A DNA stretch of 63,863 nucleotides, from contig JBGGMJ010000175.1 in NCBI GenBank assembly GCA_041288095.1, forward strand, positions 1 to 63,863, read 5' to 3'. The position numbers and the translations under genes were made by a program. The notes under the pieces are model-generated. The model was given only the letters and a program-made list of their open reading frames with translations. It did not search any database and had not been told where the DNA came from. Source of the DNA: Myxococcota bacterium (GTDB taxonomy: Bacteria > Myxococcota > XYA12-FULL-58-9 > JALHOP01). Below are positions 32,628 through 44,045 of this stretch, in pieces (within the stretch, counting starts at the first letter, position 1; the number at the start of each line of letters is the position of its first letter).

Positions 32628-35048
32628 GTGCTTTGCTATCGGTGCGGTAGCTACAACTCGGATGGTAGCAAAAAGTGCGCGGTGTGCTCCGCCGCGCTCG
32701 CCGCTCCGCGTCGTCCTGGGAAGGGTGCGCCGACCAGCCGCCGTGCTGCTCGCGGTAAGCTGCCGGTCGAGCCGGGGACCATCGTCGGTGGGCGCTATCG
32801 CGTCGTCGACGGTGTCGCCAACGGCGCCGCCGGCTGGGTGGTGCGCGCCCGCGACGAAGAAGTCGACCTCGACGTTGCTCTGAAGCTGGTCGCGCCGAAT
32901 CTCCTGCAAGCCGACGACGAGCGCGCCCGTTTCCTCAAGCTGGTTCGCACCGCCAAGAAGCTCCATCACCCCAACGTCGTGCGCATCTACGATGAGGGCG
33001 AGCAGGGCGCGACGCTCTACTACACGATGCCCTTTCTCGAAGGCCTGACCCTGCGCAAGATCATCGATCTGCGCGTCGAGCGGGGTCAGATGTTCGGCTT
33101 CGCCGAGGTGTTGCCGATCGCCGCTCAGCTCGCGAGCGCCATCGATGGCTGGCAGAAGATCGGCGTTCACGGAGCGCTGCGCCCGCACAACATCGTCGTC
33201 CTGCCGGATGTCTTGAAGGTGACCGGCTTCGCGCATCAGCGCGGCATCCCGAGCCGCCCGCTTCTCGCACTGCACCAGCAGCAACGCACCATCGACTACA
33301 TCGCACCCGAGGTCCGCCAAGAAGAGCGCGACCTGACCGCCGCAGCGGACACCTACGCGCTCTCCATCATGCTGGGCGAGATGCTGGTCGGCCGCTTGCA
33401 GAGTCCGGACCCGGCCGCTTGGTTGGACGCGGCGAGCAAGCTGCCCACCGCGGTGGTCGAGGTCTTGCGCAAGGGTGCCTCGGAGCTCGCCGCCGACCGC
33501 TACGAATCGGGGGTCGCGCTTTTCCAGGAGCTCGCCGCGGCCATGAGCAGCGCGTCGCCGGAGCTCACCGTGCCGGGCATGACGGCACTGCCTGCGTTCG
33601 CCACCGAGCTCTTCGATGATGTCAACGAGCCCGCGACCATCGCCGACGAGCCGGCGCCGGTGGAGCTCCAGTCCATGAAGGAGCTGTCGACGTCGGGCGT
33701 CGCCGAGGCTCCCGTGCCCAAGCCGCTCGAGGATTCGCCGACCGAGGTGAGCGCGGAGCCGCTCGCATCCGCCGTGTCGGTGAGCTTACCCGCCGCCGAG
33801 GTGCCCGGCCGCCCCGCGCAGCAGGCCAAGCGCGTCGTGCCGCCGACGCCTCCGCCGCAGCCCAAGCAAGAGCTCGCCGACCGTTCGCAGGTGAAACCAC
33901 TGGCCGATGCTCGGCCCCGTCCCGCGCCGGCGGTCGACGAACCCTCAGACGCCGGGCCATCGCGTGCGTTCGGTAAGCAACGCGCCTCGGTGAAGCAGGA
34001 TACCGCGCGAATTTCCGCGCGTCCTCGCCACCGCCACCTAAGCTCCCGCCGTCAACGCGTCTCCGGCGTCATGGTCATCACCATCACGGTGCTGCTCGCC
34101 ATCGCCGGCGTCGCCGCCGCTCGCTGGTACGGCGCGTTGCAGGCCGGCCGAGTCGAGGCCGCCGCTCCCGCGCCCGAGGCAACGCCGACCGCCATCGCGG
34201 AGGTGAGGCCGCCCGCGCCACCCGAGCAGGCCCCGGTGCCCATTGGTGTCAACGCGGTACCGAGCGCGCCCGTCGCGAGCATGGGGTCACACCCGCGACT
34301 CACCGACCCCGTCGACGACGGCCAGAGCACCGCCGATGCGTTGCGCCGCGCCGCCGCCCTCGCCAACCCCCACGAGGATCCGGGCTTGAGCTCGGAGGTG
34401 CCGCCCCTCGCGATGCCGGCACCGCCGAAGCCGCCGAGCGCGCCCAGCGCATCGAGCGAGGAGTCCGCTCCAGCGGTCGTGCACGCCAGCTGTCCCGCCG
34501 GCATGGCGACGATCAAGGCGGGGCGATTCGTCTCCGGCAGCGACGCCAACGATCCGATGCGCGCCTTCGGCGACCTATCGGCGCACACCGAGAGCACCGC
34601 CAGCTACTGCATCGATCTCTACGAGTACCCCAACCAGCGTGGCCGGGAGCCCGTCAGTGGCTACACCTGGCCGCGAGCAAAGAAGGCGTGCGAGTCCCTG
34701 GGCAAACGACTGTGCTCCGAGGACGAGTGGGAGCGCGCATGCAAAGGCCCCAACGGCGCCAAGTTCCCCTTCGGTGGCAGCTTCGAGCCCGGTGCCTGCA
34801 ATGTCGGCGAAGGCGGACGCCCTGCGGCGTCGGGTGAGTTCGGCCGTTGCCGCAGCGGCTACGGCGTCGCCGATATGTCGGGCAACGTCGCCGAATGGAC
34901 CGCGGGCCGCATGGGTGAGGGCAAGGTCGTGAAGGGCGGCTCCGTCGAGCAAGCCGCGTTCACCGCGCGCTGCTCGGCCCGCGCCAGCGAATCCTCCGGC
35001 GCCCACTCCGATACGTTGGGTTTCCGCTGCTGCGCCGACCTCGAGTAG
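32628..35048 (+). CDS. Zn-ribbon + Ser/Thr kinase-like domain + TM + FGE-sulfatase (SUMF1) domain protein
   Basis: CYRC..C..C, VALK, HPNVVRIYD, YIAPE; C-terminal CIDLYEYPN, RLCSEDEWERAC, DMSGNVAEW, GFRCC. Confidence 0.9.
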   Translation: MLCYRCGSYNSDGSKKCAVCSAALAAPRRPGKGAPTSRRAARGKLPVEPGTIVGGRYRVVDGVANGAAGWVVRARDEEVDLDVALKLVAPNLLQADDERARFLKLVRTAKKLHHPNVVRIYDEGEQGATLYYTMPFLEGLTLRKIIDLRVERGQMFGFAEVLPIAAQLASAIDGWQKIGVHGALRPHNIVVLPDVLKVTGFAHQRGIPSRPLLALHQQQRTIDYIAPEVRQEERDLTAAADTYALSIMLGEMLVGRLQSPDPAAWLDAASKLPTAVVEVLRKGASELAADRYESGVALFQELAAAMSSASPELTVPGMTALPAFATELFDDVNEPATIADEPAPVELQSMKELSTSGVAEAPVPKPLEDSPTEVSAEPLASAVSVSLPAAEVPGRPAQQAKRVVPPTPPPQPKQELADRSQVKPLADARPRPAPAVDEPSDAGPSRAFGKQRASVKQDTARISARPRHRHLSSRRQRVSGVMVITITVLLAIAGVAAARWYGALQAGRVEAAAPAPEATPTAIAEVRPPAPPEQAPVPIGVNAVPSAPVASMGSHPRLTDPVDDGQSTADALRRAAALANPHEDPGLSSEVPPLAMPAPPKPPSAPSASSEESAPAVVHASCPAGMATIKAGRFVSGSDANDPMRAFGDLSAHTESTASYCIDLYEYPNQRGREPVSGYTWPRAKKACESLGKRLCSEDEWERACKGPNGAKFPFGGSFEPGACNVGEGGRPAASGEFGRCRSGYGVADMSGNVAEWTAGRMGEGKVVKGGSVEQAAFTARCSARASESSGAHSDTLGFRCCADLE

Positions 35049-35072
35049 GCCTCACCGCCAGCTGATGCGGAG

Positions 35073-35750
35073 CTAGTAGCGGTACTTGTCGCCGACGCTG
35101 CCGTCCCGTCCGATCGTCACCGCGCAGGTTCCGGTCTCGTGGTGGAAATGCAGGGTCTCGTGGCTTTCGCCGTGTTCCACCTCGATGTCGCGGGCGAACG
35201 GCACGAAGCCGGTGTAGTGCTCGAGCTGACCGACGTTGCTCGGATACACCATGGCGTTGCCGGTGTCCGTCAAAGCGTCCGCGAGAGCCTTGGCGTTCAC
35301 CTGTCGAGCGAGCTGCACGGTGAACAGGTCGATGTGCTCGAAACCTTCGATTCTGGCGATGCCGACCTGCTCCAGGATCTCGTCGAAGTCCGCTATACCG
35401 GTCTCTATCCGTCCATCACGCCAGGCGTTGCTGATGCGGCTCAAGACCGGCTCGACGAGGATGCGGTCGAGCTCCATGTGCGCGGCGGCTCGCGTCTGAC
35501 AAAGCTCTGGATACGTCGTGCGCGCGGTTTCGAGCAGCCACGAATAGTCCTCGGCGAGACCGTCCGCGAGGAGGATGCCGCTCTGATAACGCAACGCGAG
35601 CACGACAGCGTCACTGGCGCTGGAGCTCACGCAGGCGCTTTGAGGATTCGTTTGGAGGTGGTCGAACTCGAGAGGGTCTCGCTCGACTTCGCGAGCGCAC
35701 GCCGTAACCAAAGCACCGCACGCGATCACCGCGAGGAGCCTGTTGGGCAC
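35073..35750 (-). CDS. Hypothetical lipoprotein (paralog of 45827-46519)
   Basis: Lipobox LVTAC; DAVVLALRYQ, YPELC, AWRDG.IETG shared with paralog. Confidence 0.8.
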   Translation of the reverse strand: MPNRLLAVIACGALVTACAREVERDPLEFDHLQTNPQSACVSSSASDAVVLALRYQSGILLADGLAEDYSWLLETARTTYPELCQTRAAAHMELDRILVEPVLSRISNAWRDGRIETGIADFDEILEQVGIARIEGFEHIDLFTVQLARQVNAKALADALTDTGNAMVYPSNVGQLEHYTGFVPFARDIEVEHGESHETLHFHHETGTCAVTIGRDGSVGDKYRY

Positions 35751-35851
35751 CGTCCGCCTCCGCTTGTTCCCCCGAGGAAGAGTCTAACCGAGATCCCTTA
35801 CAGGCAAAGGGAGTATCCCCCACAAAAAACGCGGCCACAGGCGCCCACAGC

Positions 35852-36496
35852 TCAGCCGTCGATCACCCAGATGAAAAAGGTAGGGGCGCGCGTCGCTTCC
35901 GGCGGATAGCGGGTCACCGTGAGGTACTTCGGCGTATCGATTTTCGGTTTGGTCCCGCAAATCTCGATTGTCGTCTCGAGCCACTCGGTATGCGTCACGG
36001 CGCCGGCCGCGGTCTCCTTGGCGCGATCCTCCATGCGGCTGTCGATGACGCGCGCTGAAACGATCTCCGTCTTCGGCGGATTCGGCCAGGTGTCGTCGAG
36101 GTCGTCGAGTGCATCGTGGAGCTCGAAGGTGAAGACGTTGAGCTTGGCGCCGGCGGCGCGCTCGCTCTCGACGTCTTTTTGCGAGCCGTGCGAGCGATAA
36201 TACTGGGCGCCGTAGTCGAACGAGAAGCAGACCTTGTCGTCACGGACGCCGCGATAGGTAAGGGCGGTGGTCGAGTAGGGTGAGGTCGCGACCGCCTTGC
36301 CGCGGATTGGCTGCAGCTTCTTGTCGATGCGGCCGATGCGGAACTTGCTCTTCGGATCGTCGCTGACCGCGTCACCGGACAGCGCCGCCTTGGCCTGGAG
36401 AGCTGGCCCGGGCGCGGGGCCGTAGAAGCTCGGGCCTCGGCAAGACAGAATGACGCCAGCCAAGAGCATCCCGAAGGTCGTGCCCCAACCGCGCAT
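35852..36496 (-). CDS. Hypothetical lipoprotein
   Basis: MRGWGTTFGMLLAGVILSC lipobox-like N-terminus. Confidence 0.7.
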   Translation of the reverse strand: MRGWGTTFGMLLAGVILSCRGPSFYGPAPGPALQAKAALSGDAVSDDPKSKFRIGRIDKKLQPIRGKAVATSPYSTTALTYRGVRDDKVCFSFDYGAQYYRSHGSQKDVESERAAGAKLNVFTFELHDALDDLDDTWPNPPKTEIVSARVIDSRMEDRAKETAAGAVTHTEWLETTIEICGTKPKIDTPKYLTVTRYPPEATRAPTFFIWVIDG

Positions 36497-36598
36497 GTTT
36501 GGTCTCACTCGCATCGTTCGTTTGCTTTCCGCGCCCCTTCTGCGCGCGGGCGGCGGCGATGGCAACTCCTGCTAGAGTACGGGTGCGAGGAACGAGCG

Positions 36599-36898
36599 AT
36601 GGCCAAGTCCACATTCGTCTGCTGGTCGTGTCGCAAAGCCCAGGAGCTCGACGGCAGGGTGAACCGCGGCGACACTTGTCTGAGCTGCCGGAGCGACATG
36701 CGGTCGTGCAAGAATTGCGCGTTCTACGATGTGAGCGCGCACCACGAGTGCCGCGAGCCGACGGCGGAGTGGGTGGCCGACAAGGAGCGGGGGAACTTCT
36801 GCGGCTACTTCGAGCCGTTCGGCGGCGAACGCATCGATGCGGGGGCCGACGTCGACTCCGCTAAAGCGAAGCTCGAGGCGTTGTTCAAGAAGAAGTAG
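36599..36898 (+). CDS. Small Cys-rich putative zinc-binding protein
   Basis: CWSC, CLSC, CKNC.FYD, C.EP....V.DKE..NFC.YF, C-terminal L..LFKK. Confidence 0.85.
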   Translation: MAKSTFVCWSCRKAQELDGRVNRGDTCLSCRSDMRSCKNCAFYDVSAHHECREPTAEWVADKERGNFCGYFEPFGGERIDAGADVDSAKAKLEALFKKK

Positions 36899-36957
36899 GG
36901 GGCGCTGCCGACAAGCCGAGCGTCGACTCCGCTAAAGCGAATCTCGAGGCGTTGTTC
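36850..36957 (+). repeat. 37-bp direct repeat duplicating the 3' end of the upstream gene
   Basis: CGTCGACTCCGCTAAAGCGAA(G/T)CTCGAGGCGTTGTTC at 36850-36886 and 36921-36957, 36/37 identical. Confidence 0.92.
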
Positions 36958-37241
36958 GCGAAGGAGGGGCGCGAGAGCGAAATGGGTGACTGTGTTCTCC
37001 CGAATCGTGAAAATTCAACGCCGCTGAGGTTCTCAGGGAAGTCGACTGGGGCAGCGATAGCGTTGTGGATTCCTGCGCCGACGCGAGTCGAGCCGCCAGC
37101 GCGGAGCAAGACAGTGGTTGACGGAATCCCCGCCGGAGCGCATGTGTCCTACGCCATCTGGACCTTGCTCGTCGTTTCCAAGGCCCGTCGCAGCAAACTA
37201 CTTAGTATGCGTGGCGCTTACGACGATCAAAAGGAGTCCTC

Positions 37242-40200
37242 ATGAGGAGCAGCAAGCGGCTCGTAGGTCGCCCATTCGCAATCGTTGGGGTTGGCGCCTC
37301 GGCCGGTGGGCTCGAGGCGTTCACGCAGCTGATGAGCGCTCTGCCCGCGGACTCGGGGATGGCGTTCGTCCTCGTGCAGCATCTCGACCCGGGACACGTG
37401 AGCCTGCTGGCCGAAGCCCTGGCGAAAGTGACCGCGATGACGGTCAAGCAGGCCGATGACGGCGACGTCGTGGCGCCGAACTGTGTTTACGTCGCGCCGC
37501 CCAAAGGCCAGCTCACCGTCGAGGCAGGGGTGTTGCACCTCACTCCGCGCCCCAGCCAGCGGCGCAAGGCCACCTTGCCTATCGACACCTTCCTGCGCTC
37601 GCTCGCCGACGCGCACGGCAGTCATGCGATTGGCGTCATCTTGTCCGGAAACGCTTCGGACGGGACCGACGGCTTGCGCGCCATCAAGAGCGCCGACGGC
37701 ATCACGTTTGCTCAAGAGCCCGCATCCGCGAGATTCGACGGCATGCCCCGCAGCGCCGTGGACGCAGGTGTCGTCGATTACGTCCTGCCGATCCCCGATC
37801 TCGCCGTCGAATTGATACGGCTCAGTCATCATCCGTACGTCGTGGACGAGGACGCGGGGTTCGACCCCGAGACGCGCGCGTCGGTGATCGAAGTCTTGCG
37901 CCGTGTCGTGGGCGTCGACTTCGGCGACTACAAACCCGCGACGTTCGAGCGACGGTTGGCGCGCCGCATGGCTGTGCGTAACATCGACACGTTGCCGACT
38001 TACCTGGCTCTCCTCGAGGCCGAGCCAACGGAAGCAACGCACCTCTACGAAGCCATACTCGTTCACGTGACCTCGTTCTTCCGCGATCCCGAGGCGTTCG
38101 AGTCGCTACGGAGGCTGGTCTTCCCGGAGATCATGAAGTCGCACGCCGAGGGCCAGGCGATTCGCGTCTGGGTCACGGGATGCGCTTCGGGCGAGGAAGT
38201 CTATTCGTTGGCGATCTTGCTGCTCGAGTTTCTCGCCAGTGAATCGCAGTCTTGTCCGATCCAGATCTTCGGCTCCGACATCAGTGACGCCGTCATCGAC
38301 AAGGCGCGCCAGGGCATCTTCGCGGAGAGTGCCTTGCAAGACGTCGACGATGAGCGCCGCCGACGCTTCTTCACGAGAGTCGAGGGTGGCTACCGCATCA
38401 ACAAGAGCGTGCGTGATCTGTGCGTGTTCGTGCGGCATGACCTTACCGCCGACCCCCCATTCTCGAAGCTCGACCTCGTGACCTGTCGCAACGTTCTCAT
38501 CTACTTTGACCAGCCACTGCAAAAGCGCGTCTTGCCGATTCTGCACTACGCTCTCAACCCGAAGGGCTTCTTGATGCTCGGGCGGACGGAGAGCATCTCC
38601 GGATTTGCATCGCTCTTCTCTCCTGTCGACAGGGCCAACAAGGTGTTTTCGCGGACGGCTACCGCGAGTGTCTTGCGCTTCGCTCCACGCTCCGAGATGC
38701 CGCCGCTGGGCACGCCGCCGATGCGGCTGCCGCGCCTCGAGGTGTCACAACGCTTCGGCACGCTCAGTGGTCAGCTCGACCGGCTGCTCCTCAACCGCTA
38801 CTCGCCGCCTGGTGTCGTCATCAACGAGCGCATGGAGATCTTGCAGTTTCGTGGCGAGACCGGCGCCTTCCTGCAGCCAGCTCCCGGTAGACCGCAGAAC
38901 AGCCTGATGAAGATGGTGCGTCCCGGTCTCGGGGTCGCGTTGCGCGCCGCGGTCGCCCGGGCGCGCATCGACTCGGACATGGTGCGCTCGGCGGACGTGG
39001 AGATCGAGGTGGGTGGAGCGCTCTGCGACATCGTGGTGTTGCCGGTGCCCGGCTCCGTAGACGACGTCGAGCCCATGTTGCTCGTTCTCTTCGAGCCGTC
39101 CACGAGGTCACGCCTGAACGCCCCGAGTGCGACACCAGCCAATGAAGCCGTGCCGGCCGCCACGGCGGACGCGGTCCAGCGCTCACGCAAGCTCGAGCTC
39201 GAGCTCGCAGCCACGCGCGAGTATTTGCAGTCCCTGGTGGACGCTCAAGACCAAACGAACGAAGAGCTCAATGGGGCCAACGAGGAGCTGCTGTCGGGCA
39301 ACGAAGAGCTCCAGAGCCTCAATGAAGAGCTCGAGACCGCCTAAGAAGAGCTCCAGTCGACGAACGAGGAGCTCATCACCGTCAACGATGAGCTGCAGAG
39401 TCGCAATCACGAGGCATCGGAAGCCAACAGCGACTTGGTCAACCTGCTGTCGACCGTCGATGTGCCAATTCTGATCCTGGACATGAAGCGGCGCATTCGC
39501 CGCTTCACCCCCAAGGCGCGTAGTATCTTCAATGTCGTTGCCACCGATGTCGGACGCCCGATCGCGGATCTCAATCTGCAGCTGAACATTATCGGCTTGG
39601 ACGAACGCATCGCCGAGGTCATCACCAGCAACACCATGCACGAGTCCGAGGTTCAGGACCGCAGTGGCCGGTGGCACCGCATGCAGATCCGTCCGTACAA
39701 GACCGTCGACGACCGAATCGAAGGTGCGACGCTCTCACTCGTCGACATCGACACGTTGAAGCAGCTGCTCATGGCAGCGCAGGGCGCCACGCTGGAAGCC
39801 GAACGCGCCAATCGCGCCAAGGACGAGTTCTTGGCGACCCTCTCGCACGAGATCCGCACGCCGCTATTCTCGATGTTGATGCACGCGCAGCGCCTGAGCC
39901 AAGACGATATGAATCTCGGCGACATGCACCTCGCGGGCGAGGCGATCGAGCGCGGCATCACGACTCAGGTCAAGCTCATCGACGACATGCTCGACGTGTC
40001 GCGCATCGTCACGGGCAAGTTTCGCATGGAGTTCAAGCCGGTCGATCTCGGAGTCGTCGTACGCCGAGCAATCGAGAGCGTCACGGCGCAGGCGCAAAAC
40101 AAAGAGGTGGCCGTCCAATTCAAGTACGAAACCATCGCCGGGAAAATCCACGGAGACGAAGCACGGCTGCAGCAAGTCGTCACCAACCTGCTGGCCAATG

Positions 40201-40988
40201 CCATCAAGTTCAGCTCGGCCAAGAGCGAGGTGCTGGGCTTCGTCGATTCGGTGCCCGGATACGCGCGCATCCGCGTCCAAGATTCTGGCTGTGGCATCGA
40301 CGCCGACTTTCTCCCGCACGTCTTCAGCCGTTTCTCTCAAGAGGACGGCACGACGGTGCGCCGCCATGGCGGACTAGGGCTGGGCCTCGCCATCGTGCGC
40401 CATCTCGTCGAAGCGCATGGCGGTGTGGCGCTTGCCGAGAGCTCGGGACGTAACAAAGGCGCGACCTTCTCGGTGCTGCTGCCTCTCGAGACCGAACTGG
40501 CGGTCGAGCGCTTGCGGACCGCGGAAGACGTCGCCACCGATAGCGGTTCATCGCCGGCGTCGAGCAAGGCATCGAACGTTCGCAGGGGGCTTGCGGGGAT
40601 GCGCATCGTCATTGTCGATGACGATCAGGAGACTTGCGAGGTCGTTGCCGCAATGCTGACGCAGATGGGGGCTCGGGTACGTATCGCCGATTCGGCGAAT
40701 CAGGGTGTCATCGCGGTCGAGAGTTTTCGTCCTGACGTCTTGGTCTCGGACATCGCCATGCAGGGTGAAGATGGCTACTCACTCTTGCGGCGCGTCAGAG
40801 GGCTTGGCAACGACCGGGGAGGGGGCAACCTTCCGGCCATTGCCTTGACCGCTTACGCGGGCGAAGAAGCACGCCGCAAAGCCATCGCCGCCGGCTTTCG
40901 CATGCATATCGCCAAGCCCGTCGACATCAAGCAGCTACAGGAATCGGTCGCCAGTTTGTACAGGCCCTTCGGCGTCCGTGATTCTTAG
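37242..40988 (+). pseudogene. CheB-CheR-PAS-histidine kinase-receiver hybrid interrupted by one in-frame TAA (39342-39344)
   Basis: GASAGG/VQH/SDG (CheB), VTSFFRD, GCASGEE.YS, CRNVLIYF (CheR); same frame continues EELQSTNEEL into FLATLSHEIRTPL, NAIKF, GGLGLGL, SDIAM. Confidence 0.85.
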
Positions 40989-41002
40989 GGAACGCCCGCA
41001 GA

Positions 41003-42232
41003 TCAATTCGCTTCACAGAGCCCATCCAACGCGCAGACGCCGCTCGCGCAGTCGAAGCCGTTGGAACAGCCCTGACCGACCGAGCAGTCGCCGCCTTGGC
41101 CTCCGCTCATGCCGGTGACCACGAAATCGAAGATGTCGACGGTCTCGGTGATCGCCACGTTGCCCAAGGCCGTGGGGCGTTGGTTGGTGAGATTCACCAG
41201 CGCGCCGCTCTGCGTCGCGTCGATCGCCAGCGTCGGGTGATTGTTCACGGCGTTGCGAATGGCCGCCGCGATGGTGGCGGCGTTGTTGCTCGTGAGGAAC
41301 GTCACGGCAACGGTGCCAACGGTGGTGCTTGCGTTGCTGTCGAGCTCGAAGGTGACGGACTCGAAGCCGTCGCCCACGATGATGGTCTCGCCATCGACGA
41401 GCATGACGCCCGGGATGGTGACGATCTGGCCACGTGCAACGCCTAGAGTGAAATTGAGACAGGAGAAGCCGCACGAGCCGCAGAGGTTGGTGTTGTGATC
41501 GTCGCAAGCTTCGTTCTCGGGATCGACGACCCCGTCGCCGCAGACGTTGCCGGTCGCCGGAACCTCGATGCAATCGGCCGCGCAGATCGTGCACGACGCC
41601 GAGCCGTAGGGGCACGCGGCTTCGGTGATGGTGTTGGCGTCGTCGCACTGCTCGTGCTCTGCATCGGGAGCGCCGTCACCACAGTAGTTGCCGCTGAGCT
41701 CGATGGTGCCGCTGCAATCGGCGTTGCAGGCGGCGCAGATCGCCGAGCCATAGGGGCACGCGGTCTCGCTGGCGGTGTTGCCGTCGTCGCAGACCTCGTG
41801 TCCGGCGTCGAGGTGTCCGTCACCGCAGACATGACCGGCGATGGAAATTTCGTTGCACCCGGCGTCACAGACCAAGCACGTCGCGGTGCCGTAAGCGCAT
41901 GACGTTTCGGTGAGGGCGTTGCCGTCATCACAAGCCTCGCTCGCGTCCTCGTTGCCATCGCCGCAGACGGCGCCGACCGACACCTGACACGTGGCGCCGC
42001 AGCCATCGCCGTCGATGATATTGCCGTCGTCGCAGACCTCGCCGGCATCGATGTGCCCGTTCCCGCAATTGCCGGTGATGCAAGCGAGTTGGTTCGCGGC
42101 GCAGGTCGTCCCGACTGGGCAGATGATGCCGGTCGCGCACGGCTCCGGCCCACCGTCTCCGTCATCGCGGCTGGTCTCGTCGCCGCACGCAGTGACGACG
42201 ATGAGAAACACGATAAGGAGGGTGTTTTTCAT
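41003..42232 (-). CDS. Cysteine-rich repeat (Myxococcus CGDG / DUF4215-like) lipoprotein
   Basis: Lipobox VVTAC; five CG(D/N)G....E.CDD.N units. Confidence 0.88.
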   Translation of the reverse strand: MKNTLLIVFLIVVTACGDETSRDDGDGGPEPCATGIICPVGTTCAANQLACITGNCGNGHIDAGEVCDDGNIIDGDGCGATCQVSVGAVCGDGNEDASEACDDGNALTETSCAYGTATCLVCDAGCNEISIAGHVCGDGHLDAGHEVCDDGNTASETACPYGSAICAACNADCSGTIELSGNYCGDGAPDAEHEQCDDANTITEAACPYGSASCTICAADCIEVPATGNVCGDGVVDPENEACDDHNTNLCGSCGFSCLNFTLGVARGQIVTIPGVMLVDGETIIVGDGFESVTFELDSNASTTVGTVAVTFLTSNNAATIAAAIRNAVNNHPTLAIDATQSGALVNLTNQRPTALGNVAITETVDIFDFVVTGMSGGQGGDCSVGQGCSNGFDCASGVCALDGLCEAN

Positions 42233-42444
42233 GGTCTTCCGGTATCACGATCGCCCAAGTCGAGCACTGCCTACATGAGCAGCGGGTGTGCGACTCGGAC
42301 GCATGTCATAGTCGTGTCTTGCTTCTGTATCGATTCCGTCAAAGCGAACATATCCCCCGTCCCACCGTCGTTATTGCTCGCTCAATACCGTAGACTTCAC
42401 TGACCCCCCAAGCCCAGGCACGCCGCCGGGGAAAGACCAAGATC

Positions 42445-43563
42445 GTGACCAGTGCTGTAGAACACGCGTGCCAACCGGACCGCCCGCCGCGTTTCCCCAG
42501 AGACGATGGGTTTCATCGGGATCTCACCAAGGGGGTCGACGCCTACTTCGCGAGCACCGGACGCTCACGCGGTGCCAATGCCTCCATGGTCGTGAAGACC
42601 ATCACTCTGGTCGCCTGGTTCGTCGGTAGCTACGTGCTGCTGGTATTCGCGGCGTCGTCGATAGCGACCGTGCTCCTCTCGTGTGCGTCGCTGGTGCTCG
42701 CGACCGCCGGCATGGCCTTCGGTGTTCAGCACGACGCGAACCACGGGGCTTACGCCAAGAGCGCTCTGACCAACCGTATTTTGGGGCTGACGCTCGACAT
42801 GATCGGCGCGAGCTCGTTCTTGTGGCGCGTCAAGCACAACATCGCGCATCACACGTACACCAACGTCGAAGGCGCCGACGATGACATGAGCGTCGGGGTG
42901 CTGGCGCGGCTCGCGCCCGAACAACGGCACCTGGCGGTGCACAGCCTCCAGCATTTCTATCTGTGGCCGCTCTATGGACTGCTGCTGCTCAAGTATCACT
43001 TCGCCTACGACTTCAAGAACCTGGTGCGCGGGCGCGTTGGCAGCACACGTTTCAAACGCCCGAAGGGTTGGGATCTGGTCGAGGTGATCGTCGGCAAGCT
43101 CGCCTTCGTCGCGCTCGCTTTCGTGGTGCCCGCAATCGCGCATCCGCTTTGGGCGGTCGCGCTCTGCTACTTGGCGGTTACGTTCGGCTCGAGCGTCATC
43201 CTCGCCGTCACGTTCCAGTTGGCTCATTGCGTGGAGAAAGCAGAGTTCGCGTCCGCCGACTCGGCCGGCCGCTTGCCGATGGGCTGGGCCGCTCACCAGG
43301 TTGCCTCGACGGTGGACTTCGCACCCAAGAACCGCGTGCTCACGTGGTACGTCAGTGGGCTGAACCATCAAGTCGAGCACCACTTGTTCCCGCGCGTATG
43401 CCACGTCCACTACCCGGCGTTGGCGGTCATCGTGAAGAGGGTCTGTCTGGAGCATGGTGTCCGCTTCAACGAACAGCCAACGCTTCGTGCCGCGATCGCC
43501 TCGCATTGGCGCTGGCTACGGCGCATGGGCAAGGCGCCCGAGCTCCAGCCGTCGCATTGCTAA
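42445..43563 (+). CDS. Membrane acyl-CoA/fatty acid desaturase
   Basis: His boxes HDANH, HNIAHH, QVEHHLFP. Confidence 0.93.
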   Translation: MTSAVEHACQPDRPPRFPRDDGFHRDLTKGVDAYFASTGRSRGANASMVVKTITLVAWFVGSYVLLVFAASSIATVLLSCASLVLATAGMAFGVQHDANHGAYAKSALTNRILGLTLDMIGASSFLWRVKHNIAHHTYTNVEGADDDMSVGVLARLAPEQRHLAVHSLQHFYLWPLYGLLLLKYHFAYDFKNLVRGRVGSTRFKRPKGWDLVEVIVGKLAFVALAFVVPAIAHPLWAVALCYLAVTFGSSVILAVTFQLAHCVEKAEFASADSAGRLPMGWAAHQVASTVDFAPKNRVLTWYVSGLNHQVEHHLFPRVCHVHYPALAVIVKRVCLEHGVRFNEQPTLRAAIASHWRWLRRMGKAPELQPSHC

Positions 43564-43760
43564 GCGTGGCGCGCACCTGTATCATGCCGACGTCCTTGGG
43601 GCCTTTCTGTTAAAGACTCGCGCGAGCGTGCTCGTGCGCTTCATTTTCCGATTCTTCCCTCAGGTTCGATGACACGCTCGGCAATCGGGCGTGCGGATCC
43701 GCTCGTCGAGCGGAAGGGGATGTCTCGTGAAAACCATGTTGCGCTACGCGGTCGTGTCCC

Positions 43761-44030
43761 ATGAGTAGCCCAGCGTCACCGGATGCTCGGCGTGATGCCA
43801 TTCGCTTCTGCGTCGACGCCGTCGAGCGGGAGATGGAACGCCGGCCTGATCAGCAAACCGATGCCTTGCAGACCGCCTGGCGTGACCTCGTCGAGCGCTT
43901 GGCGCTCGGCCCGGCGCCCGAGCTTCGGACGTGCCCCACGTGCGGGCAGATCGTCATGCGCGCGGCGACGTTGTGCGGTCATTGCTGGCACCGGCTCACG
44001 CCGGGCACCGAGGGCCAGGTGGCGCCCTAG
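43761..44030 (+). CDS. Small hypothetical protein with C-terminal zinc ribbon
   Basis: CPTCG.....AATLCGHCW. Confidence 0.7.
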   Translation: MSSPASPDARRDAIRFCVDAVEREMERRPDQQTDALQTAWRDLVERLALGPAPELRTCPTCGQIVMRAATLCGHCWHRLTPGTEGQVAP

Positions 44031-44045
44031 CTTGGTCGCCAACTC

